A stretch of DNA of 64,000 bases from Candidatus Eiseniibacteriota bacterium (lineage in GTDB: Bacteria > Eisenbacteria > RBG-16-71-46 > CAIMUX01 > VGJL01), in assembly GCA_963792585.1 (NCBI GenBank), contig CAWBWI010000006.1:1006009-1070008 (forward strand), in the 5' to 3' direction. How positions within the stretch are numbered: the stretch's first letter is position 1; the number at the start of each line of letters is the position of its first letter. The notes beneath the pieces are model-generated. The model saw nothing but the letters and a program-made list of their open reading frames with translations, searched no databases and had not been told where the DNA came from. A program made the translations under genes and the position numbers. Positions 48,963 to 59,437 of the stretch are shown piece after piece.

Positions 48963-51032
48963 ATGAAACCGGAAGATCTGGCAGCCAAGCCGAAGAAGGA
49001 CCTGCTCGAGCTGGCGAAGAAGCATTCGATCGCGGGCCGCAGCGCGATGTCGAAGGAGGAGCTGGCCCGTGCGATCGCGCGATCCGCTGCCACGTCTGGC
49101 CATTCATCGAAGGCGGATGCGGTCAAGGGCGGTGTGAAGAAGCGCCCTACCGGCGCGAAACCGGCGACCACGGCCAAGCCGTCGGCGCAAGCCAAGCCGG
49201 CCGCGAAAGCGATCGCCAAGCCCTTGGCCAAGAAAGTGATGGGAAAGGGGCCGGAGAAGCCGGTCGCTGAACGCCCGCATGCCGAGAAGCAATCTGCGGA
49301 GAGATCAGCCGCGGAGAAGCCGCCGACGCACGAGCCTCGGCCTGCAGAGACGCCGCGGGCTCCGGAGCCTCCGCGCCACGAAGCGCCGCGCCCGCCGCAG
49401 CAGGCGCCGACCCATCGGCCCGAACCTCCGCGTGGAGATCGCCCGCAGAGACCGATGCCCCCGACGCAGGGGGGCAGCCGTCCCCCACAGCGCGGACCGA
49501 TGGACAAGCGCGGCGGACCGCACGATTCTCGCGGGCCGCGACGGGGTATGCCGCCGATCGACCCGGCCATGAAGCTCTCCCGTGTCGAGGAGATCCGCCG
49601 AGACTCGCCCGGGCGCGGCGGACGGCCCGGAGGCCCCGGAGGACGGTACCAGCGCGACCAAGGTGGGCCCCGTGGCCCTCATCCTCGAGGCCCGCTCGAC
49701 CGCGGACCCGGCGGGCGCGATGATCGTCGTCCACCAATGCGTGGGGATCGCTTTCCGCAGAGGGGCCCGAGCGGACCGCCGCCACCGCCGGCGCGTGGAA
49801 GCCTGGCCGAGGAGCGGGCGCACCAGGCGCGCGAGCACCTGAGGCGATCGGGAGAGGCGCGCCGAGAGAGTCCCTACACGCCGCAACACGATCGCCCGGT
49901 CGAGCGGCGGGACGACCGGATGCGCCACGATCGGCCTCAGCACGATCGGCCTCAACACGACCGGCCGCAGCATGACCGGCCGCAGCACGATCGGCCCCAG
50001 CACGACCGGCCGCAGCAGGGCCCGCGGGATCGGTCTCAGCGCGATCGTCGCGACCGCGGTCGGGGCGAGCCTCGACGCGGCGACCAGCATCGGATCGAAG
50101 CGCCGCGAACGGCGCCGATCCCCGAGCGGTTCACCCCGGCGCCCGAGAGGCGCCCCGAGCCGCCTCAAGCGCCGCCGACGCCGCGTCCCGCCGGGATCCA
50201 GGCGAATCGTCCGCCGGAGATGCCCGCGGCCTACGGCATCGATCGTCTCGCGATCATGGTGCGCGATCCCTACTGGCTCCACTCCTACTGGGAGGTCACG
50301 CCCGAGTCGATCGTTCGAGCGAAGGAGCAACTCGCCGATCGCTGGGAGGGACACCGCTGGATCCTTCGTGTCCACACCTACTCCGAGGGGAACGGCCAGG
50401 CGGGACCTGAGCTGTTCGACATCGACGTCCATCCGGAGGCGCACAACTGGTACTTCCGCGTCCCCCAGCCCGACTGCTCGTACGAGGGAATGATCGGCGT
50501 GTTGACGCGCGATGGCACCTTCTATCCCTTCGCCCGCTCGAACCGCGTGCGAACGCCCCGCGACACGATGTCGGATGTGACGGACGTCCAATGGGCCACG
50601 ACCCGGGAAGAGTTCGAGAAGATCTATGCGCTCTCGGGCGGTCACTCGGTGGGAGTCTCCTCGGGCGAGGTCGGCGAGGAGACGCGCCGCAAGGGCGAGG
50701 AGGCCTATTTCTCCGGAATGCTCGGAAGCATGGGCAGCGGAACGATGGGTCTGCCCAAGCACCGCGGATTCTGGTTCCAGGTCAACACGGAACTGATCCT
50801 CTATGGCGCGACCGAGCCGAACGCGAAGCTCAAGGTCCAGGGTCGCACGATCGAGTTGCGCCCGGACGGCACCTTCACCCTTCGCTTCCAGTTGCCCGAT
50901 GGCGTGCAGGAGCTGCCTTGCGTCGCACTGTCCGCCGACGGCATCTCCGAGAGGACGATCACACCGGTGGTGCGCAGGCAGACGACTTCGTCGGAGCGGG
51001 AGTTGAATCCGAATCCCGGCGACGCATCCTAG
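48963..51032 (+). CDS. Rho-N-like domain, long R/P/G-rich disordered linker and DUF4912 domain protein
   Basis: DLLELAKKHSIAGRSAMSKEELARAI, MVRDPYWLHSYWEV, ARSNRVRTP, FWFQVNTELILYGATEP, PDGTF. Confidence 0.85.
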   Translation: MKPEDLAAKPKKDLLELAKKHSIAGRSAMSKEELARAIARSAATSGHSSKADAVKGGVKKRPTGAKPATTAKPSAQAKPAAKAIAKPLAKKVMGKGPEKPVAERPHAEKQSAERSAAEKPPTHEPRPAETPRAPEPPRHEAPRPPQQAPTHRPEPPRGDRPQRPMPPTQGGSRPPQRGPMDKRGGPHDSRGPRRGMPPIDPAMKLSRVEEIRRDSPGRGGRPGGPGGRYQRDQGGPRGPHPRGPLDRGPGGRDDRRPPMRGDRFPQRGPSGPPPPPARGSLAEERAHQAREHLRRSGEARRESPYTPQHDRPVERRDDRMRHDRPQHDRPQHDRPQHDRPQHDRPQHDRPQQGPRDRSQRDRRDRGRGEPRRGDQHRIEAPRTAPIPERFTPAPERRPEPPQAPPTPRPAGIQANRPPEMPAAYGIDRLAIMVRDPYWLHSYWEVTPESIVRAKEQLADRWEGHRWILRVHTYSEGNGQAGPELFDIDVHPEAHNWYFRVPQPDCSYEGMIGVLTRDGTFYPFARSNRVRTPRDTMSDVTDVQWATTREEFEKIYALSGGHSVGVSSGEVGEETRRKGEEAYFSGMLGSMGSGTMGLPKHRGFWFQVNTELILYGATEPNAKLKVQGRTIELRPDGTFTLRFQLPDGVQELPCVALSADGISERTITPVVRRQTTSSERELNPNPGDAS
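49926..50015 (+). repeat. 15-bp coding tandem repeat, 6 copies (HDRPQ)
   Basis: CAYGAYCGGCCNCAR repeated six times. Confidence 0.9.
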
Positions 51033-51044
51033 GCCGCGACGCTC

Positions 51045-52655
51045 ATGAAAGAGGGAATGGAACAAGGGTATCTGTGTCTCGTCCTACACGCGCACCTGCC
51101 GCATGTGCGGCATCCGGAGTATGAGGACTTCCTCGAGGAGGACTGGCTCTACGAAGCGATCACGGAGACTTATGTTCCGCTGATCCAGGTCTTCGAGCGG
51201 CTCGTCCAGGATGGAGTGCCGTTTCGCATCACGATGTCGGTCAGCCCGCCTCTGGCGGCAATGCTGGCGGATCCTCTTCTGCAGGACCGATACCTCCGCC
51301 ATATCGAGAAGCTGATCGATCTCTCGGGACGCGAGATCGAGCGGACCCGTTGGTTGCCGGAGTTCCAGCCCCTCGCCCAGCGCTACCACGAAATGTTCAA
51401 GGCGACGCGCGAGGTCTTCGTCGACCACTACCACAGCAATCTGATCGAGGCGTTTCGCAAGTTCCAGGACGCGGGCGTGCTGGAGATCGTCACCTGCGGC
51501 GCAACGCACGGATTCCTGCCCTTGATGATGGGCAACCGAAACTGGTGGCGCGGACAGGTCATCACCGCCGCGCACGATTACCAGCGCCACTTCGGCCGTC
51601 CCCCGCGCGGGATCTGGCTCCCCGAATGCGGCTACGAGCCGGGGGTCGAGGAAGTCCTTCGCGAGGCGGGCATCCGTTACTTCTTCACCGACACGCACGG
51701 GATCCTGCACGCAACACCGCGGCCGAAGTTCGGCGTCTTCGCGCCGATCATCACGCCGTCGGGCGTCGCCGCCTTTGGGAGGGATCTCGAGTCCTCGAAG
51801 TCGGTCTGGAGCGCGAAGGAGGGATACCCGGGCGACTTCCACTACCGTGAGTTCTACCGCGACGTCGGCTGGGATCTCGAGTACGACTACGTGAAGCCGT
51901 ATCTCCACTCCGACGGCCACCGCTCGAACCTGGGGATCAAGTACTACCGGATCACGGGACCGGGAGACCAGAAGGAGCCGTACAACTTCGACTGGGCGCG
52001 CGAGAAGTCGGCCGAGCACGCGGGCAACTTCATGTTCAACCGCGAGCGGCAGGTGGAGCACCTGCATGGACTCCTGGGCCGTCCGCCGATGATCGTGGCG
52101 CCGTATGACGCCGAGTTGTTCGGGCACTGGTGGTTCGAGGGACCCCAATGGATCGAGTACTTGCTGCGCAAGACCGCCTACGACCAGAACACCTATGCCA
52201 CCATCACTCCGAGCGAGTACCTCGAACGCTATCCGACAAACCAGGTCGCGACGCCCTCGATGTCCTCCTGGGGATACCTCGGCTACGCCGAGGTCTGGCT
52301 GAATGCGTCGAACGACTGGATCTACCCTCACCTGCACATGGCGGCGGAGCGAATGGTGGAGCTCGCGAACCGATTCCGCGACTCCGCTGGGAGCGACGGT
52401 CTGCGGGATCGCGCACTTCGACAGGCGGCGCGCGAGTTGCTGCTCGCGCAGAGCAGCGATTGGGCCTTCATCATGAAGACGGGCACGATGGTCCCCTACG
52501 CGGAGCAACGAACCCGCGAGCACGTCGGCAACTTTACGAGGCTCTATCACGACCTCATGTCCGGACACGTCGATGAGGCGTGGCTTGCGACGGTGGAGCA
52601 GAAGAACAATGTCTTCCCGGACCTGGATTACACGGTTTTCGCGGATCCTCGCTGA
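51045..52655 (+). CDS. GH57 1,4-alpha-glucan branching enzyme (DUF1957)
   Basis: LHAHLP, EEDWLYEAITETY, THGFLP, WLPECGY, PYDAELFGHWWFEG, AQSSDWAFI. Confidence 0.92.
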   Translation: MKEGMEQGYLCLVLHAHLPHVRHPEYEDFLEEDWLYEAITETYVPLIQVFERLVQDGVPFRITMSVSPPLAAMLADPLLQDRYLRHIEKLIDLSGREIERTRWLPEFQPLAQRYHEMFKATREVFVDHYHSNLIEAFRKFQDAGVLEIVTCGATHGFLPLMMGNRNWWRGQVITAAHDYQRHFGRPPRGIWLPECGYEPGVEEVLREAGIRYFFTDTHGILHATPRPKFGVFAPIITPSGVAAFGRDLESSKSVWSAKEGYPGDFHYREFYRDVGWDLEYDYVKPYLHSDGHRSNLGIKYYRITGPGDQKEPYNFDWAREKSAEHAGNFMFNRERQVEHLHGLLGRPPMIVAPYDAELFGHWWFEGPQWIEYLLRKTAYDQNTYATITPSEYLERYPTNQVATPSMSSWGYLGYAEVWLNASNDWIYPHLHMAAERMVELANRFRDSAGSDGLRDRALRQAARELLLAQSSDWAFIMKTGTMVPYAEQRTREHVGNFTRLYHDLMSGHVDEAWLATVEQKNNVFPDLDYTVFADPR

Positions 52656-53910
52656 CAAGCGCCTTCGGCCGATCCTGGCGACTGCTTGCCTCCTGCCGTT
52701 CGCGTTCGGAGTCGCTCGAGCCGCGGATCCCCCGGAGGTCGACGGGAATCTCCCCGCCAGACAGGATTCGACCGTCCTGCAGCAGGTGATCTACTCGTTT
52801 CACGAGCGCTTTCACTACGACCTGTCGACCGATTCCACGCTGTATGGAACGGTTGAGCACTTCAAGAGCCTCTATCCCGAGTCCTACTGGACCGAACAGC
52901 TCGGAAAGCTCACGAACGAGGACGGCACCCTTGCGTGGCTCGTGAGCCAGGACATGCTCGCGCTTGTCGTCATGTACGATCTGACCGGCGACCCCTGGTT
53001 CCTCCGGATGCTGGGCCGCTACGCGGAAGGCGCGATGGCGGTACGGGACGACGTCCTTGGTAAGAAGGACGCCGATGGCCACACCGCGCCCGCATGGGGT
53101 AGCACGCGTTACGATCTGGGTGAACGGCGCGTGTACCTCGTTCACTCCGGCCTCATCGTGGAGCCGATCCTCGAGTATGCCGTGCGGGCTCCGAAGCTGG
53201 AAGGGTGGACTTCCGCCGACGAGGCACGGCGCAAAAAGCTGATCGAACGCTGTCGGTCGACCCTGCTGTACCACGACTATCAGATCGATCCCGAAACATC
53301 CGGTGACGAGACCGCATACATCGCGGGGCGCGAGGAGCGGGATCGCCGCAACGCCTACCAGCCGTTCAACCGGCAGAATCTCTTCGCGCGCGACTTCTAC
53401 CTCATGTACCAGTTGACCGACGATGCGAGCTATCTCGAGCGCAGCCGCAAGCTCTATACATTTTTCCGCAGGAACATCGAGCGCACTCCGTCGGACGCCT
53501 ACATCTGGGAGTACGAGCCGCTGCGCTGGGTGAGTGGTCCGATCCGAACGGCCGTCTGTGACGACATGTCGCACGCCTCCTACGCGATCCAGCCGGTCAT
53601 CCAGGCCTGCCGGGACGAGTTCATCTTCACCAAGGCCGATCTCGCGCGCTTCGCGAGGACCTTCATGAAATACGTCTACCTGGGTGACGGTGTGTTCCAG
53701 ACGAGCATCGGCTGCAGGGTCGACTTCACGCCGCGGATCCTGGATCGTCTGTACGGATGGCTGCCCCTGGCCCAGGCCGATCCGCAGATCTACTGGCTGA
53801 TCCGTCGCTTCCTGATGAAGAATGTGGAGAAGCCGCCGGCCCTCGCAGTCGCCTACATCATCTCCTACCGGCCCAAGGGCCTGACGGGGGTGGATACAAG
53901 GGCGCACTGA
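52609..53910 (+). CDS. Hypothetical secreted protein, possibly an alpha/alpha-toroid carbohydrate-active fold; start uncertain
   Basis: Signal-like KRLRPILATACLLPFAFGVARA and repeated MY(D/Q)LTxDxx(F/Y)L helices. Confidence 0.6.
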   Translation: MSSRTWITRFSRILADKRLRPILATACLLPFAFGVARAADPPEVDGNLPARQDSTVLQQVIYSFHERFHYDLSTDSTLYGTVEHFKSLYPESYWTEQLGKLTNEDGTLAWLVSQDMLALVVMYDLTGDPWFLRMLGRYAEGAMAVRDDVLGKKDADGHTAPAWGSTRYDLGERRVYLVHSGLIVEPILEYAVRAPKLEGWTSADEARRKKLIERCRSTLLYHDYQIDPETSGDETAYIAGREERDRRNAYQPFNRQNLFARDFYLMYQLTDDASYLERSRKLYTFFRRNIERTPSDAYIWEYEPLRWVSGPIRTAVCDDMSHASYAIQPVIQACRDEFIFTKADLARFARTFMKYVYLGDGVFQTSIGCRVDFTPRILDRLYGWLPLAQADPQIYWLIRRFLMKNVEKPPALAVAYIISYRPKGLTGVDTRAH

Positions 53911-53940
53911 CGGCGTCCCATCTGGTAACCTGACCTTGAC

Positions 53941-53971
53941 GAGGACGCCCGGGAACATCCGGGGCGTCCTC
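53941..53971. terminator. Intergenic hairpin
   Basis: GAGGACGCCC...GGGCGTCCTC 10-bp perfect stem with a weak T tail. Confidence 0.4.
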
Positions 53972-54014
53972 CGTGTTCTAGCGGCCGGCGCCCGGTCGGC
54001 GCAGGAGGATCGAG

Positions 54015-55027
<1,013 letters not shown>

Positions 55028-55069
55028 GCCCGCTCGGCGGAACCTGGCATAAGCGAAGGAGATCGGCAC

Positions 55070-56018
55070 GTGGCGCGCGGCGATCAGAGCGTCCGGATCC
55101 TCCTGGAACCTTCGTTTCTGTCGAAGCTCCAGGGACTCGACATGATCGCCCGCTCATCGTCGAGGGATTCCTGACCGGCCTCCACAAGAGCCCCTACCAC
55201 GGTTTCAGCGTCGAGTTCGCCGAGCACCGGCAGTACATGCCGGGCGACCCGATCCGCCACGTCGACTGGAAGGTCTACGCGAAGAGCGATCGCTTCTACA
55301 TCAAGGAGTACGAGCAGGAGACGAACCTCCGCGCGTACCTCCTGCTCGACGTGTCGAGCTCGACCCCGTTCGCCGAGGAGGGGCGGATCGAGAAGCTTCG
55401 CTACGGGACCTATCTCGGCGCCGCGCTCGCCTACCTGATGCTCCAGCAGCAGGACGCGGTCGGACTGCTGACCTTCTCCGACCAGATCCACCGGATCATC
55501 CCCGCGCGCAGCGCACGGACCCACCTGCGCGTGCTCTTCGGCGAGATGGAGACCGCGCTGCGCGGAGCGCTCGCATCGGAGCCGAAGGAGGACCCCGCGG
55601 AACAAGCACCGACGTCGGCCCGTGCCTCGAGCAGCTCGCCGACCGCACGCCCCGGCGCGGGCTCATGATCCTGATCTCGGACCTGTGGGACACGCTCGCC
55701 CGAGCGGGTGATGCGGCGCCTCAAGCATTTCCGCCACCGGCAGCACGAAGTGGTCGTCTTTCACCTGCGCGATCCGCGCGAAGAGCGGTTCGACTACCGC
55801 GACGAGACGATCTTCATCGATATGGAGACCGACGAGCGGTTGAGCCGTTCAGCCGTGGGAGATCCGTAAGGAGTACGCAGAAGATGGCAGCCGAGCGGGT
55901 CGAGTTCTACAAGCGCGAGTGCGGTGCGAACCTGATCGCCTACGAGCAGATCCTGACCGATACGCCCTTCGATGTGGCGCTCTTGCGCTACCTCGAGAAG
56001 CGCTCGCGGCTGCACTAG
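55070..56018 (+). CDS. DUF58 domain protein (frameshifted)
   Basis: GLHKSPYHGFSVEFAEHRQYMPGD, VDWKVYAK, ETNL, LISDLW. Confidence 0.85.
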
Positions 56019-56033
56019 GGCCGGCGCGCCGCG

Positions 56034-58254
56034 ATGACCTTCCTCAACTCCATCTGGGTCTGGCTCGCCGCCGGCACGCTCGCCGCGGCGATACCGATCC
56101 TGATCCATCTGATCCGCTGGCGGAGGCCGCGCGAGGTTCGCTTTCCATCGCTCGAGTTCCTGAAGGACGTCACCCAGGCGAAGGTGCGCCGGTTCCAGCT
56201 CCGGCAGTTGCTGCTGCTGATCCTCCGTGTGCTGATCGTCGCGCTCTTCGCGCTGGCGATGATGCGTCCCGCCATGCACGCGCGCGGCGCCCTCGGACGC
56301 GGGAGCACGACCGTGGGGATCATCCTCGACAACAGCTTCAGCATGTCCGCCCGCGATCCCGCGCAGAGCGGCGTGCCCGTCGGCGGCGGGGACCGAACCG
56401 GCGACTCGCCCGTGCCCGAGGAGGGAACCGTCTTTCGAGACGGCGAAGCGCCGCGCAGGCGAGGTCGTCGGCGTGATGCGGGAAGGCGATCGCGGGGTCT
56501 TCGCCCTCGCGTCGGCGCCGGTGCGAATCCCCTACGCGACCGCGATCACGGACCTGTCCCTCTTGAGGCAGGAGGTCGAACGCTCGACGCTCGAGGCGAC
56601 GCGGGCCGACCTGCCCCAGGCGTTCGAGCGGGTGGCCGGCGCGTTGGCCGCGAGCCGAACGCTGAATCGCGAGATCTACATCATCTCCGACTTCCAGCGG
56701 ATCGACGTGGAGGCATGGCAGGCGCTGCTCGGCAAGCGGGGCGACTCCACGGCGGTGGTGCGCGGGGGCCCGCGGGCGGGCGCCAGGGAAGGCGCGGCCG
56801 CGAACGTCCTCGAGGGCACACACGTCTATCTCATCCCCGCGAGGACGCTCCCCGTCGACAACCTCGCGATCGAGCGGGTGCGCTTGGATGCGTTGGCCGT
56901 CGGACCCGATGCCGCCGCGCGCCTGGTCGTCACGATCGTCAACGACTCCGAGGACGAAGCAAAGGACGTCGTCGTCCGCGCGCTGGAGGACGGAGAGAGC
57001 GGGGAGGCCCTGGGCGAGGCCTACGTCACCGCGCCGGCGATGGGTCGCGCCGAGGTGAGCCTGATGCTGCGGCGCATGCCGGCGAGCGGCTCGCTGCGGG
57101 TTGCGCTGACACCCGACGCTCTGCCATGGGACAACAATGCCTACCTCGTGACCGAACAGCCCGGCGTCCGGCGGGTCCTGATCGTATGCGGCGGCGATCC
57201 CGCGACCGATCCGGCCGCACGGTTCGTGCGCCTCGCACTCGACCCCTCGGACACGCACGAGTTCTTCCAGGTCGACGTCTTGGCCCCCGACGATCCGTCG
57301 CTCACGCGTCCCCTGCGCGCGGATCTGGTCTTGGTGCTGGACGTGGGACGCTTCCCCGACGCCGCGCTGGAGCAGATCGGACGCTTCCGCAGCGAGGGCG
57401 GCGGCGTTCTGGTCGTCCTCGGCGATCGTGTCGATCCTCGGTCCTACAACACGACGGTCCTCCCGAAGCTCGCCGCGATCGAGCTGATCGGATTGCAGGG
57501 CGACCCGAGCCGGCCCGAGGTCTATCGGAGTCTGCGCGTCGCATCGACCGGGCATCCGATCTTCGACGGATTCTCGGGTGTTGCGGGAGGGAACCTCACA
57601 TCGGCGCGGTTCCAGCGGGTTCTCGAGGCGAAGCCAGGGCCGGGCGTTCGTGTTCTGGCCGAGTTCTCCGGAGGGCTGCCGGCGCTGGTCGAGGACCGCG
57701 GGACGCTCGTGTTCACCTCATCGATGGACGGCATGTGGAACGACCTGCCCACGAGCGGCGCGTTCCTGCCGCTGCTCCACCGGATGGTGCTCTATCTCTG
57801 CGCCCAGGGAAGCGCGAGCGATCATCTCAAGGCGGGCGACCCGGTGGAGCGCGCCTATGCTCCGGAAGAGGTGGGTGGACAGGAGGCGGCATTCGTCGAT
57901 CCGCAGGGAATGCGAACGCCGGCGATGCGATCCGCGCTGGACGGACGGGTGCTGCTGAAGCTTCCCGCCGCTCGCCTGCCCGGCACCTATCAGCTGGTGC
58001 GCGCCGACGGCGCGCGGCTCGGCCTGTTCGCCGTCTCCTTGGACGCGCGCGAGTCGGATCTGCGCGTCGCGCCCGAAGGATGGTTGCCTCCGCTGTTTCG
58101 GCCGGCCGCGACGGTCCTGAAGCCGGAGGGCGCGATCACGCGCGCATCCGTCGAGGCGCGTTTCGGGCGGGAACTCTGGCCGCTGCTGCTCATGATCGTG
58201 CTCGGACTGATGGTCGTGGAGGGATTCGTGGCCAGGGGGAGGGTGGGAACGTAG
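56034..58254 (+). CDS. BatA/vWA domain membrane protein (frameshift near 56435)
   Basis: IPILIHLI..RRP.EVRFPSL, LDNSFSM (MIDAS), IISDFQ, WNDLP, ESDL, RELW plus a C-terminal TM helix. Confidence 0.85.
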
Positions 58255-58293
58255 CGTCCCGCACCTTGCCGATCGGACCCGGCGCATCGTCCC

Positions 58294-58749
58294 TCACGTC
58301 AATAGCCGCAATACTCCCGCCATGAGATGGTGTTTCGCCGCCTTCTGCGCCGCCTCCCTCACCAGATGGGGGTGGAGCCTCTCGAAGAACTGCTCCAGCA
58401 GATGGATCTCTCCCCCATCCAGCCAGACTCCAAGGCAGGAGGGACAGGTGTCGATCAACACCATCGAGCAATAGCCATACTCCCGGCGCGCCATCTCACC
58501 CGCACATCGTGGACACTTCAAGGGAGGATCGGCCTTGTGCTTGGCCATTGCCTCCGCGAGTTCTTCGGTTTCCATCGAGGAAGCCTCGAGCAGGGCCGTG
58601 TCGTAGATGGTGTTCTCGATCGCCTCCAGCTCATCCTCGTCAAGCCACATTCCCCGGCACTGCGGGCACCGGTCGACGCGAACGTTTCCCTCGTAGACAA
58701 CGTCTTCCAGGGTCCCCCGGTCTTTCGGGCACTCCATGTTCCCCTCCAT
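58294..58749 (-). CDS. Tandem zf-TFIIB-like zinc-ribbon protein
   Basis: CPKD...DRCPQCRGMWLD and CPRC...DTCPSCLGVWLDGGE. Confidence 0.85.
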   Translation of the reverse strand: MEGNMECPKDRGTLEDVVYEGNVRVDRCPQCRGMWLDEDELEAIENTIYDTALLEASSMETEELAEAMAKHKADPPLKCPRCAGEMARREYGYCSMVLIDTCPSCLGVWLDGGEIHLLEQFFERLHPHLVREAAQKAAKHHLMAGVLRLLT

Positions 58750-58826
58750 ACGGGAACTCTCGGGCCACCGAATCCGAAGGACCCCGGAGCTCCCAATGAA
58801 AGACGACTCCCCACTCCCAAGGGGCG

Positions 58827-59414
58827 TTACAGCGCCTTCGGCGCGTCCCCGCCCTTGCCCCCCTTCTTCTTCTTGATCTCCTCGAGCGCCTCACGCAGGC
58901 CGTCCGGCCCGACCTCTCCGAGCGCCTCGAGCAGTTTGGCCATCATGTCCTCCTCCTCGGGAGGGATCGCGAACTTCCCCTGGGTGACTGCCGTGCGGAT
59001 CATGCCGTCGTAACGATCGACCAACTGCGGCAGGGCCGAGAGGACGCGGAGGAACTGCTTCTTCGTGAGCTTCGCGTCCTCGAGCGGAAGCTCGATCATC
59101 GCCTGGATCTCGCCGTCCGACGGATCGTATTCGAACTGGAGCATCTTCGTGCGCCAGTGGACGTACATGAAGGATTGGAGGATCGCGAGGGCGTTGGGTC
59201 CGGCGGGGCACTTGTACGCACCGGGCGCAAACACCTTGACGAACTCGCCGTTCTCCTCGAGCTGGATTACCATCCGGATCCGTTTCTCGCCGTCCGCGTC
59301 CTTGTAGTTGTCCATCGCGAAGCCGGTGAGGATGAACCCCTTGTCCGGATGGGAATCGTACTTGAGCTTCTCGCTGTCCATGAACTTCTCGATCTCGTGA
59401 AGATCCGTCCCCAT
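58827..59414 (-). CDS. YbjN/T3SS-chaperone-like fold protein
   Basis: SD GAGGAGG. IQLEENGEFVKVFAP and FEYDPSDGEIQAMIELPLED resemble YbjN-like proteins (pattern-based call). Confidence 0.6.
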   Translation of the reverse strand: MGTDLHEIEKFMDSEKLKYDSHPDKGFILTGFAMDNYKDADGEKRIRMVIQLEENGEFVKVFAPGAYKCPAGPNALAILQSFMYVHWRTKMLQFEYDPSDGEIQAMIELPLEDAKLTKKQFLRVLSALPQLVDRYDGMIRTAVTQGKFAIPPEEEDMMAKLLEALGEVGPDGLREALEEIKKKKGGKGGDAPKAL

Positions 59415-59437
59415 GACGCACTCCCCTCCTCGTCCGG

